NCBI GenBank assembly: GCA_964342815.1
Contig: CAYFHS010000017.1
Span: 13,302 to 77,301 of the forward strand
Reading direction: 5' to 3'
Length of the DNA: 64,000 bases
Origin: an uncultured archaeon
Lineage (GTDB): Archaea > Thermoplasmatota > Penumbrarchaeia > JASLWR01
This document shows, piece by piece, positions 36,301-44,793 of the stretch. Under the pieces are notes generated by a model, which saw nothing but the letters and a program-made list of their open reading frames with translations, had not been told where the DNA came from and ran no database searches. Position 1 is the stretch's first letter; each line of letters starts with the position of its first letter. The position numbers and the translations under genes are program-made.

Positions 36301-38579
36301 TGAAAAAAGCTCGTCCCTTCAACATAACGGTCTATTTCGACATTAATCAGGACGGCGGATTCCAGGGTGCTGAAAAACTGCTCAGCGTTCCCGTTAGCAT
36401 ATCCGCTGATATCACATCCACTCACACAACGGATTACAACGGCTTCATCAGCACATCGCTTTTACCCGGTAAGACCTACAACATATCCATAGATCACCTG
36501 ACATCCGACTCTTCTTTTAAGTATACCGCGAAACTGGTAATTGTAATGCCTGACGAACCTTACGAGATCTATCTTCCGGTAACGAAATACATCAAGGTGA
36601 AAGGGAAGACATTCTGGGACAAAGATGCGGATAATACCTTCGATACGGGAGAGGAGATTGCTGATGCAGATATCAGCGTAAGCCCCGTGGGAAGTCCTGG
36701 AGACTACACCGCCCGTTCGAATGCAGACGGCCAGTGGAACGTTTTCCTGCCCATTTACCTTGACAATAAACGGGAATATCAGTTCTCGACAAGCTCGGAA
36801 AGTTTCATACCGGATATTTTCTCAAGGGAAGTATCCTTGGACAATAAAACATTCGACATTGCTTTGGGGCCCCGTAAACTCGAATATCACGGTACCGTCT
36901 TCATGGATATATATCGAAATGACACAATGGATCCCGACGAGCTACCAGCACCTCTTAATACCATTATCAAATTTACCACGAATTCCAAGACAGGTCGAAA
37001 TACAAACGCCACCACTGATGTTAATGGTTATTATTCCACGGAATTATACCCGGGAGAATATTTCGTTGAGATACTCTCCATCGATGATGACGTTATATAT
37101 ATCTATGAAGCCGAGGAAACGGTCGCCCTTGGTGAGGACAAACTCTATTCCATTCCCATGGACCCGGGAGCGAACGTCTACGGGGCTGTGAAATATACGG
37201 ACACCGATCTGGTCGAACACAGGGAAATCGATTCTCAGGATAACAACATTACAATAAAGGGTGTAGGAAACGATATCGAAAGGGAACTCACATTCCAGGA
37301 TGGTTTTTACGAGACCTATCTGCCCTTTGGAGAGTATAAAATCGAAATGAAGGGTTATACCAGCAATGAATATGGAATGGAAATGGTATACGAGTATCCC
37401 GAAACCGATCATTATGTGGATTTCAATCCCTTTATCCTGGATTTCACCCTGTCAAAGGTGTACGATCGAACGCTGGAGCTGTCTATCCGGGAAGTGGTTG
37501 GAGAGGAGAATTTCGAAAAAACCGTCAATCAGGGAGAGACCGTTGAGCTTCATTTGAATGTTGAGAACAAGGGAAACGTAAAGCAGGAAGTTACACTCAA
37601 CGGGAAGGATCTACCCGAGGGGTGGTCCACCGATATCACGCCAAGAGAACAAGAACTGGATATTGGCGAATCTTTCGAAGCGAAGATTGTCGTACGAACC
37701 TCATTCGATTCATTCCGGCTCAATGAATTCAAAATCGAAGCAAAGAATGAGGCAGGGGATACCGAAGAAATAACTTTGAACATAAACACCCACCCGAAAT
37801 ACGACGTCGAAATATTTTCCCAGGACTTGCTCGCCAGGGGTTTTCGATCCAACGAGACAAAAAGATTCAACATAACCGTGATGAACAAGGGAAATGCTGC
37901 GGACGAGATAAAATTCTATCTCAAGCAGGATGCATCCCCGCTCTGGAATATAACGATGCAGGATGAGCCGCTCAATACCACTGGGATCCTTCACAGTTAT
38001 GAGCAGGACGACGTTTACAAGAACGTATCGTTCAAGATAACCGCTCCAAACCTTACCAAAAGCAGCGCAACCTTCAATATAGGAGTGGCCGGATTGGGTA
38101 TCAAGGAGAAAATAATAACCGTAAATGCTGTTATTGCAACTCCTGACATCAGCATTGCCGACATAAGCTTTGCAAACCTTGATATGGCTGACGAGGATAA
38201 GAACGTCACCATGTATGTCACAATTCACTGCGACCAGGCCGATGTTGGTAAATTCGATTTTAATGTATATCTCGACGATGAGAAGGTAGATGAGCTTTCA
38301 GATAACATAGAAGGAATTCTACAGGACGACGATCACAAACTGGTGTTCGACTGGAACCTCTCGGACAAGTTGGGGAAACACAAACTTGAGATTAAGGTTG
38401 ACGAGGATGACCAGATCCGTGAGAGGGATGACATCACTAACAACAACAGAGAGATAACAATTCATGTGGGCCCGGACGAATCAGAGGGATTCAACTGGCG
38501 TATAGTAATAGCCATATTCGTGGTCGTTATCTTGATCATCGTTGCCATGGTGGTTTGGAAGAAAAAGCAGATAGTGTAA
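30348..38579 (+). CDS. aglB: Giant oligosaccharyltransferase AglB/STT3 with an extra TM block and long C-terminal stalk (carboxypeptidase-regulatory/SdrD-B-like, Ig-like, CARDB) plus a terminal TM
   Basis: GNDPYYH, FSDHD, STIAE (TIXE-like) and SWWDYG motifs; repeated G.V(F/Y).D.N.DG..D units; NKGN Ig motifs. Start MVKEIP at 30348 with CAGGTGG upstream; about 2743 aa. Confidence 0.93.
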   Translation: MVKEIPRTKKWEKTLSSASGKKAEKESLVTKFKTYFGIGAYEGKDTWFSRNWWLLLALAGIFLVGMFLRSYFYFPMAQDVGFSGNDPYYHKRVVDYIQQSHSHLIEDNMLNYPVGGANPRPPFYNWFVAVFGIILSPLFGFNVKLATESIMYLAPSFWGALTVFPVYFLAKDMFGKKAGVISAFLMAFMPSHIERSPSGFSDHDSIVVFFVVLSIFLLFRAYRTLKHEDWVKDWRSTNSIYKGFSTFFRKNKVSLYYSLLSGVSLATIALTWKGFPYALVIIIIYYMLQLLFDRFRHVDSTGVFICTFLALFSALAISFPYYYVLSFGTWATPVYFLAAVVVIGVLLIPTRDYPWIIVLPLGVIVSLVGYLFLSIIAPAAAEALITGQGYFVKTKLYSTIAEAQPPAFSKLIVSYAMIVFFLAVIGIVKAAFQVPKHWKREFVFIVVWAIVAVYMAMSAARFMFNATPVIAIVAGWVLYDLIQKINLKSKILIFYTLMLGLSLLLLGWWGINHGFGYKYTLFVFMAAIAMAAIPIIVAVYDNYDKRPAIMIMVAMCAIWTVAVIVMIILDENLKWDNFGTVMLDNINIWYFGLAALGIMVLPILIFITKRTFAILHIILITSATFLIIGLKDTGSFDSLFTWKPMVVAVGYSIIPCGILLFNIYFLFSDKSYRKETGRKVLFVGLELWVLSFFFDPQIYTGLAAFALFVINLYLLTPYRKTFKHKTKPMHVIITLFIVFIVIFPTCWFAIDASLPYEKKFEMNNRVARSIPDFIKSDTASNNKYFGAFGHGFTSEYWRNAFDWLSKQDVDRPPEERPGFVSWWDYGFWCAYLGQHPTAADNFQYGYQFAGSFIASQNESEAVGLMVARTIEGGIKDPKMKEEISDILDSDKYFGPEKKFKSNIDSSDLSASEKIFEMLLYPEEYIEEIKNNPEKYGKYLQLLYGNARYASVRGMLMPLGEDKIIDLMADIEGITDKCIRYFAVDYRLFPFTAQNTGIFYAPIKLADKDVEDFLEYIAVTTEGDMTMTELEERILQEPEFRDQVTDYKLKYTDQFYDSMFYRCYIGYSGKDLGAGDLGVPLLSPTGEFASNQYFQPMQGWNMSHFRLVYRTTYYTPMDPQNASFPEDFTAMNSDEAYELYAEQGGYQISGLRQGAFFLKYYHGAQLVGKLRAEGEDGTPMPGVRITAVDEYGILHDVSITDENGNYNLTLPFGEVTVVASKDGYDEENELFSKLMGNEKTVLNRTVLQITDDQAMRRGNWIIKKDLTIKRSSIDGKVYYDDNDDGEYDIFDTLATEAVVEIVSKDGREITYNDSLENGEFNITNVLPAEYDIRVMTDGHTVKIKDPFSVVPNENQRFNAFTLHLLLPMGNISGNITFDNGTRAPSIHVELRDNENGTLYHTDTNKTGFFNFGSLLPGNYSLVVDHTLYKRLMKDIDLEEGALFQHNFTLTEVVPVSGEVYYEGIDDNKQPLPNARIQFIDELYPENIIVVTSDKNGQYLANLSLGNYTIYADYTKGNEHYTCLEEAEFRAGVEYSKDIELSSSIKIMGTLGIHDEIDVEEDNSTKGVLVRFRGESGNYFAPTNDSSYFSVYLPEGEYQISADLFLKGDYGVAAKHVSGTGGEEITIDLIAKWAYPVYGFVFWDRNGDMNLTIGNSTIDIMRLSEQFRETEPELEENDEIPEEFEDSTSSIAETDDSGTRADENVTEGEEETPFSVDNVTLPNATNDTVEAPPLYENLTPAHVEFRQGENVFTADTNQSGFFTRLLPLGDYVMRIETDEISLYETTVTVFDGKDDVIQPPIRPKNVTFDIFLGVDRDLDGQLKEDELLKSYELEFSGTTPAAVNATYNFRQGNPKKGALVPGEYKVKYLKEFILSGTDVRQEMETNITLHLGESDRQLIFLVDETVRFSGKAKTETDSPADNATLTLRSIHFNTTTEVNCDKQGNFDENVPFGMYFVRTSIIEGSSNFLFRKIMDISPGNSPFSIILKKARPFNITVYFDINQDGGFQGAEKLLSVPVSISADITSTHTTDYNGFISTSLLPGKTYNISIDHLTSDSSFKYTAKLVIVMPDEPYEIYLPVTKYIKVKGKTFWDKDADNTFDTGEEIADADISVSPVGSPGDYTARSNADGQWNVFLPIYLDNKREYQFSTSSESFIPDIFSREVSLDNKTFDIALGPRKLEYHGTVFMDIYRNDTMDPDELPAPLNTIIKFTTNSKTGRNTNATTDVNGYYSTELYPGEYFVEILSIDDDVIYIYEAEETVALGEDKLYSIPMDPGANVYGAVKYTDTDLVEHREIDSQDNNITIKGVGNDIERELTFQDGFYETYLPFGEYKIEMKGYTSNEYGMEMVYEYPETDHYVDFNPFILDFTLSKVYDRTLELSIREVVGEENFEKTVNQGETVELHLNVENKGNVKQEVTLNGKDLPEGWSTDITPREQELDIGESFEAKIVVRTSFDSFRLNEFKIEAKNEAGDTEEITLNINTHPKYDVEIFSQDLLARGFRSNETKRFNITVMNKGNAADEIKFYLKQDASPLWNITMQDEPLNTTGILHSYEQDDVYKNVSFKITAPNLTKSSATFNIGVAGLGIKEKIITVNAVIATPDISIADISFANLDMADEDKNVTMYVTIHCDQADVGKFDFNVYLDDEKVDELSDNIEGILQDDDHKLVFDWNLSDKLGKHKLEIKVDEDDQIRERDDITNNNREITIHVGPDESEGFNWRIVIAIFVVVILIIVAMVVWKKKQIV

Positions 38580-38593
38580 AAAAAGGTGGACCC

Positions 38594-38869
38594 ATGAAAG
38601 TTTATCTGAGATCCTACAAGATACCCACGGTGCTTATAATCATGGGAGCTCTAATGTGTATCGCTGCAAGCCTTACGATTGCGGAGCATTATATTGGCGA
38701 ACTGTTCTGGTTCGGTTCCATATGTCTCGCACTGGGTATACTTGGATGGTTATCGGTGCAGCTGGGGAACTTCTTGTCCAGGCGAAGACTGAGGGTAAAA
38801 GCCATGGAGAAAGCCAAAGCGAAACCTGCCGTCAAGACTGCATCGAGAACCCGGAAATATCCTTTTTAG
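38594..38869 (+). CDS. Small two-TM membrane protein with basic tail
   Basis: AGGTGG before ATG 38594; two hydrophobic helices; 14-nt gap after aglB. Confidence 0.75.
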   Translation: MKVYLRSYKIPTVLIIMGALMCIAASLTIAEHYIGELFWFGSICLALGILGWLSVQLGNFLSRRRLRVKAMEKAKAKPAVKTASRTRKYPF

Positions 38870-38870
38870 C

Positions 38871-41396
38871 CTAAAGGTCCTTCCACTGGCTCCTGATTAT
38901 CTCGACCCGTTTCCTGGCACCAACCTTTTCGAAACATTCCAGGGCTTTCTTCATGCAGGGTTTGGCACTTTTCCGATCACCCTTGTCCATGTACATCATG
39001 CCGTACTCGTAATTTGCATAACCCATCTCGAAGGGGGTGTCCAATTCCGATAGTATGGAAATGCTCTTTTCGAAATATTCAACTGCTCGGTCCCAGTCCG
39101 ATTTTAACCGATATATGGTCCCATAGTTCCGGTAGATGGCAGATATACCCACCTTGTCTTTCAGTGGTTCGAGTAATTCCAGTGCGGAGTCATTCTTCTC
39201 CAATGCCTTGTTGAAGTCCCCCGTGTTGGCATAGCATTCCGCCTGGTTGAAAGATGACCATCCCATCATGTACTTGCTTCCGATCTTTCTCGAGGTGTCC
39301 TCCGACCTTTTACAGTACATTATGGCCTTTTCCCAATCCTCTCTCTGGATGTATATGTCACCGAGATTATTGTAAGCCCGCCCCATTTCTCTCAGATCCC
39401 CTTGCTCACCAAGCGTCTCGATGCTCTTTTCATAGTATTCCACAGCCCTCAGCCAATCTCCCTGGCTGTTATACACGTTCCCCAGTTCTATAAACAGAAC
39501 CCCTCCAACTGCCGGGTCGTTGATCTTTTCAATATTATCGATACTTTCCTTGTAATGGGATATGGCATCGTCATACTCGCCTTTCCTCCAGTGAATATAA
39601 CCCAGACCGCGGTTCGCCTCAGCTATACCGCCAAGATCCCCGGTCCCGGACGCAATATCCAGGGCCTCGTCATAATACTTGACAGCCTCATCCCAGTCTG
39701 CCTGATATCTCTTGATATAGCCAAGTTCACGATACGCTTCGGCTCTTCGTTCATCCCACCAACTTTCCTTGAGCATCTCACTTGGGAAGAATCCCAGTTC
39801 ACGCGGTTCGGAGGCACTGGCGCTTATCTCGTGTTTCGCTTCCTCTAGCTGCACCAGGGTCTTTTTGTGATATTCTTCTGCCATCTGCCATTTCCCAATT
39901 ATCTGACAAATCCTGCCGAGTCGGCCGAATACGGTAATCATCCGCTGCCGGTTATCCAAACTTCCATCCAACTCAGAAAGAGCCTTGAAAGCCAGATCAT
40001 AATATTTTTCAGCCTCCGCGAGAGCATATAACGATTCCGCGGTCTTTCCGGCACTTATCAAATAGGGGGCAGCCTTTGCGTAATCCTTTCCCCGGTAGAA
40101 ATGTCGGGCCAGATCATAGATGTCCAGAGCAGTCTTGTCTTCGTAGAGATTTTCAATAATTTCGGCGATCTTCCTGTGAACTACGCGTCTTCTGCTCCTG
40201 CTGAGGTCCGCACAGGCTACATCGTTTATGATTGTATTATCGAATTTGTAAGTCTCCTCTTCAGATTCCATATCCTCGTGAATCAACCGGGCTCCCACCA
40301 GATCGTCCAGACAATCCAACAACCTCTCCTCGTCAATTCCCATAAGTCTGAATAATACCCGATAGTCGAAGACACGACCGATAAGCGCAGCATAACGAAG
40401 TACCTTTATGGCATCCTTTTCCAGCCGATTGATCCTCCTTATTATCACATCCTTTATGGTCTCGGGTACCCGAACCTGGGACGTATCTATCGTCCGATAC
40501 CAATCCTTATCAGCAAGGTCCACAATTTTTTCTTCCATAAACGAGCGAAGAACCTCTTCCACGAAATACGGATTACCTTCGGTGGTTTCGTATATGTGGT
40601 TGATAAAACCCTGGGGCAGACCTCTTCGTCCGAATATTAGTGAGATCATTTTTTCAACATCATGCCGCTCCAGTCTTCTCAGGGAGATCTTGCTCATCAA
40701 TTTTTCCCGTTTCATCCTGTGCAGAATCTCAATCAGAGGATGTGCTTTGCCCCCGACCTTTTGCAGCTCCTCGGGACGATAAGCCCCGATGATCAGTACC
40801 CCTGCATTCTTCGTATGCCGAGCAAGATACTGGATCAGGTGCAATGAGGGATTGTCGGCCCAGTGGATGTCATCCAGAAAAAGGATCAAAGGTTTCTCTG
40901 AGGCAATATTGATAAGTAACTGGGTGGTATTTTCGAACATTTGGTCTCTTTCCTGGCGAAGATGATCAAGGTCTATTATCTTGGTACTGCCAACTGCAGG
41001 GGTGGGAAGGTAGGGTTGATTCAAATCGTCAAGATCCTCAACCCGCATTAGAAGAGTAGGGGTGACATCGTACCAACCGGAAGACTGTTCATAGTAGCCT
41101 TTCAGAGCGTCCATGAACGGCAGGTAGGGATCCCCGCTGCCGTGATGCATGCATCGGCTGGTTAGATACCTTATCTCTGCATTTGATTCTTCGATCCATC
41201 TGTGGATCTCCTCCACCAATCGGGATTTGCCGATACCAATCTCCCCTTCTATCAATAACAAGTTACCCTTACGTTTCATTGCTCCCTTGACCAAACCCTG
41301 TAATATCGCCACATCATTTTCACGATTGACGAAAGGTGTTTTGAACTCACCATCACCGATGATCGTTTTATTCCCTCCTTTGATTTTTTTTCTCAA
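38871..41396 (-). CDS. STAND-class (AAA_16-like) NTPase with C-terminal TPR array
   Basis: FVNRE, Walker A GEIGIGKS, Walker B LFLDDIHWAD, GAYR, GNPYFVEE, then about 8-9 TPRs (RAYNNLG, AYRELG...YYDEAL). Confidence 0.9.
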   Translation of the reverse strand: MRKKIKGGNKTIIGDGEFKTPFVNRENDVAILQGLVKGAMKRKGNLLLIEGEIGIGKSRLVEEIHRWIEESNAEIRYLTSRCMHHGSGDPYLPFMDALKGYYEQSSGWYDVTPTLLMRVEDLDDLNQPYLPTPAVGSTKIIDLDHLRQERDQMFENTTQLLINIASEKPLILFLDDIHWADNPSLHLIQYLARHTKNAGVLIIGAYRPEELQKVGGKAHPLIEILHRMKREKLMSKISLRRLERHDVEKMISLIFGRRGLPQGFINHIYETTEGNPYFVEEVLRSFMEEKIVDLADKDWYRTIDTSQVRVPETIKDVIIRRINRLEKDAIKVLRYAALIGRVFDYRVLFRLMGIDEERLLDCLDDLVGARLIHEDMESEEETYKFDNTIINDVACADLSRSRRRVVHRKIAEIIENLYEDKTALDIYDLARHFYRGKDYAKAAPYLISAGKTAESLYALAEAEKYYDLAFKALSELDGSLDNRQRMITVFGRLGRICQIIGKWQMAEEYHKKTLVQLEEAKHEISASASEPRELGFFPSEMLKESWWDERRAEAYRELGYIKRYQADWDEAVKYYDEALDIASGTGDLGGIAEANRGLGYIHWRKGEYDDAISHYKESIDNIEKINDPAVGGVLFIELGNVYNSQGDWLRAVEYYEKSIETLGEQGDLREMGRAYNNLGDIYIQREDWEKAIMYCKRSEDTSRKIGSKYMMGWSSFNQAECYANTGDFNKALEKNDSALELLEPLKDKVGISAIYRNYGTIYRLKSDWDRAVEYFEKSISILSELDTPFEMGYANYEYGMMYMDKGDRKSAKPCMKKALECFEKVGARKRVEIIRSQWKDL

Positions 41397-41557
41397 TGAT
41401 ATTAATTCTATTTAATAATATAATTCTTTGTATTCATTTTCGCCCGAACAGTTTTCCTAGAACAAAGAGCGATAGAGTAGAAAGAGTATAGTAATTGGTA
41501 TCGTAAGAATACGATGAACCAATGTGTCCGTACCGAGATTCAGGAAATCCATTATAA

Positions 41558-41599
41558 GGACGGAAAGGAGCGCACCCTGGAGAGTGCGCTCCACCGTCC
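41558..41599. other. Strong intergenic hairpin downstream of dnaG (possible terminator or stability element)
   Basis: GGACGG-aaa-GGAGCGCAC-cctggaga-GTGCGCTCC-a-CCGTCC. Confidence 0.5.
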
Positions 41600-41679
41600 G
41601 AACTAAATTCCCTTCCCAATTCATTGAGCTGGTCACAATACTGGTCCTAGTCAGTACCGCTTCAGGGTATACCTTGATC

Positions 41680-42951
41680 TTATAGCAGATCTTTCTTGGT
41701 AAGTACGGTCACGTCGGTAGGTTTTTTATCGATATTCCCCCCCAGTTTGACCCCTATTAGGTTTGCTATCTTATTGGTGGTAGCAATTTCAAGAAGTCTG
41801 GGAGTGATTACACCGTCGAATATCACGGTGTGAACACCCTTCACCTTCGATTTCAGAGTGGCGGCCAATTCCTTGACCTGAACCTCAGAAATCTCTTTGG
41901 CATTCTTATCGAGAAGCTTTGCCTTTAATTTTCCAGAAAGGTCGTTCAGTATCGTCTTAAATGTTTGGTGGTCATTAGAAAGGCTTTTGGAAACACTTCT
42001 ACTCCTCTCAGTCCTAGCGGACTCGCGTTTCGTCTTCTTGGACGATTTATATCGTGGCGAAGGGCTTTGAGCCGATTCCTTGGTGCTTCTCTTTGATTTA
42101 TTTCCATTCTTATGTGAAACCACTGGATACATCTCTATGAACTGCTCTGCGGGAACTTTGTTGCGAAGCGCCTTGATTATCTGTTTTTGGGTAAGCTCCT
42201 CAACTTCCTTCGCCCTGGGAGCTCTTGCGATAAAATCCACTTCTGCGACCTGAAGCAGCTCCTTGAGTATCAATTCACCGCCCCGGTCACCGTCTGTGAA
42301 AGCGGTCACGATTCTTTCTTTGGTCAGATCCCTCACCGTGGTGGGAATATTTGTTCCACCCACAGCGATTGAGTTCTTAATACCATACTTTAAAAGATTC
42401 AGAACGTCACTGCGCCCTTCGACGACTATGACGGCATCGGAAGTCTCGATATTGGGTCCACCGGGACACTTGTCCGGACCGTACAGTGAGATCTCCTCCA
42501 CCTGAACAGCCTGCCTCACAGTCTCTGTGAGATTTGCTCCAGATGTTTTCGATTCCTTCATCATCTTGCGAAGCAGTTCCTTGGCCCTGTCGATAATTTT
42601 CAATTTCTTCTCTGATCTCACATCGTTCACGGATGAAACGGTAATTGTGGCCTTGCAGGGACCGACTCGATCGATACTTTCCAGTGCTGAAGCCAGTATG
42701 GCCGTCTCCACCTGATCGAGACTTGATGGTAAGCTAATTATTCCATCGCTCTTTCCCTTGGTTGAATGCATCTCCACTTCGATTCTCCCCATCCGTCCAG
42801 TTTTTTGCAGTTCTCTAAGATCGAGCTCATCTCCTATCAGCCCGTCGGTTTGACCAAATATCGCACCCACCACATCAGGTTTTTCTACAACACCCTCCGC
42901 TTTTATCTTTGCGACTATCAAATATTTTGTTGTGCTTGGATCAATTGTCAT
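41680..42951 (-). CDS. dnaG: Archaeal DnaG (TOPRIM; exosome-associated)
   Basis: TKYLI.A.I.AEGVVEKPDVVGAIFGQTDGL.G.ELDLRELQKTGRMGRIEV; IVVEGRSDV.NL; FTDGDRGGELI. Start MTID at 42951. Confidence 0.97.
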   Translation of the reverse strand: MTIDPSTTKYLIVAKIKAEGVVEKPDVVGAIFGQTDGLIGDELDLRELQKTGRMGRIEVEMHSTKGKSDGIISLPSSLDQVETAILASALESIDRVGPCKATITVSSVNDVRSEKKLKIIDRAKELLRKMMKESKTSGANLTETVRQAVQVEEISLYGPDKCPGGPNIETSDAVIVVEGRSDVLNLLKYGIKNSIAVGGTNIPTTVRDLTKERIVTAFTDGDRGGELILKELLQVAEVDFIARAPRAKEVEELTQKQIIKALRNKVPAEQFIEMYPVVSHKNGNKSKRSTKESAQSPSPRYKSSKKTKRESARTERSRSVSKSLSNDHQTFKTILNDLSGKLKAKLLDKNAKEISEVQVKELAATLKSKVKGVHTVIFDGVITPRLLEIATTNKIANLIGVKLGGNIDKKPTDVTVLTKKDLL

Positions 42952-43778
42952 GTTATTTCTCCTCTTTATTCTTTGCAAATCATATTTGTCCTGTTAATTG
43001 AGATTGATGAGTACACTACTTTTCCAGCATTTTCTGTCGTTGGTGGACTTTACTTTCAATGGTCCTTGCTATTCCTATCCATCAGTCTACATCCAATTTA
43101 TCAGGACGTTCTTTTCCATTTGTTTTTTCCGGTCATACTCCTGGTGAGGTGGTACGACCTACAAGTCTATGGAAACTTTTCTCTGGTGATATACCCATGG
43201 GAAACCCATGAACACATCGTTTTCATTCCGGAGTGACATGCAATTTGGGTTAGCTAGAAATGTTTCCATCAACCTTCGCTGATCTTGCATTTTACACCGG
43301 ATATGACTTCATGTGAGAGATAAGACATCCTTGCTTTATTTGGCAGGTCACTACATGTCAATGGTGACTCACCGTCAAGTGTGTCTTTATTATAAAATCA
43401 AAAACCAGTTCATACCACCTTACTTCAAATTACTGCTGTAACCTTCTCCGCCGCCAGAGTTATATTATCTCTCGAAGCCCGAAATGGGAAATTCCCATGT
43501 ATTGAGAGAGGAGGATGTTGAAGTGTTATCTTGGAATTACCATCACCGGTAATGCCTTAACCGGTAGCAATATTAATTTATTATCGCAAGGTGATCAAAC
43601 TAGTTGTATGATTTTATTATATTAGATCATTTCCAAATTACTTGTGTTCCCTCTTATATCGTCCAAATCCTATAAATACATTATGAGATAAATTAGTTAT
43701 AGATTAAATTAAATTAGGGGGGTATATTCGCAGTGGTACGACAACGAGAACGGATATAAATTTATCGAGGGAATTCCA

Positions 43779-44786
43779 ATGACTTTGGCCACCCAGACGT
43801 GGAAGAACATCAACTTCTTTTCGGAATACGGCTTCTATGATAAGATAATCGGTACTCTAAAACTCATCGAAAGAGGCCAGGACATGCGGCAGATATTTGC
43901 ATATTTCAATATAGAGGAATCTTCAGCATTCAAATCCCAAAAGGAAATGGAAAAAAAATTGATCGATAAACTGTTTGTCGAGACACTGCACTTTATCGAG
44001 AAAAAGGAAGACTCTTTAGCGTTGACCGAAGACGGTGTTATCATATTGGAAAACCACAAGTCAGGAGAAGTAAGTTACAATAAGCAACTTGTATTTCTGT
44101 ACCTAGCCAGGAACTCCGGTGGTTTTCTCAATATCTTTTACAGCCTACGGGAAGGGGGCCGCATCGGACGGGAAGAAATAATAACCAAGGTCAACTCAGA
44201 AAGAGAAAAGGAGGAATTCTCATCCAGAAAAAGATGGCGGGATTTTCAGGAAAGATTGAGGTGGTTCCAGGAACTTGGTATAGTGAAGGAGTTCGATGAC
44301 GGTAGTTTCATGCTGACCTATTCGGGTAAACAATTATTCGCTCGTATGCAGAAAAAGAAAAGCGGATCTGATAATATTAAGAATGAACCGTTGAAAACGG
44401 AAAAAGAGCCGGAAATGAGCAGTAAAACCCTACCCGTAAATACCCTCAACCAGCTACCTGTGGAAAACAGGGATCGGATCACGGGCAAGATAAACAATAG
44501 GCGGTTTGGGATACGAATCGACGACGATGTTATCGTATATATCGTGGGAGGGGATACCCTGAGGGTAATAGAGGGCAGAGTCCTTCATCACAAGAGCGGG
44601 CTTCATCTGGTGGATTCTGACGGTTATTATCACCGGATATCCTACGATTGGGTAACCGACATAGTTATCAAGAAACACAACAGGCCCCATCCAAAGGACG
44701 ACAAGGAGCGGGTCACGCGGAAAAAAAGAAAGACCAAACCGGCGAAACCCAAAGAACCGGATAATCTCAACACTGCCTATCTTTGA
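43779..44786 (+). CDS. Hypothetical protein: tandem winged-helix-like N-terminus plus C-terminal small beta-barrel (Sm/KOW-like)
   Basis: RLRWFQELGIVKEFDDGSFMLTYSGK is a typical wHTH wing; C-terminal VIVYIVGGDTLRVIEGRV...LHLVDSDG..HRISYDWVTDIVI; 7-nt gap to recJ. Confidence 0.7.
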   Translation: MTLATQTWKNINFFSEYGFYDKIIGTLKLIERGQDMRQIFAYFNIEESSAFKSQKEMEKKLIDKLFVETLHFIEKKEDSLALTEDGVIILENHKSGEVSYNKQLVFLYLARNSGGFLNIFYSLREGGRIGREEIITKVNSEREKEEFSSRKRWRDFQERLRWFQELGIVKEFDDGSFMLTYSGKQLFARMQKKKSGSDNIKNEPLKTEKEPEMSSKTLPVNTLNQLPVENRDRITGKINNRRFGIRIDDDVIVYIVGGDTLRVIEGRVLHHKSGLHLVDSDGYYHRISYDWVTDIVIKKHNRPHPKDDKERVTRKKRKTKPAKPKEPDNLNTAYL

Positions 44787-44793
44787 GCTGCCA

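Noticed and set aside
42960-43770. Long spacer between dnaG and the gene at 43779 as a hidden gene or RNA
   Set aside because: Only short stop-interrupted frames and one small palindrome (ATGGGAAATTCCCAT) are present; nothing supportable.
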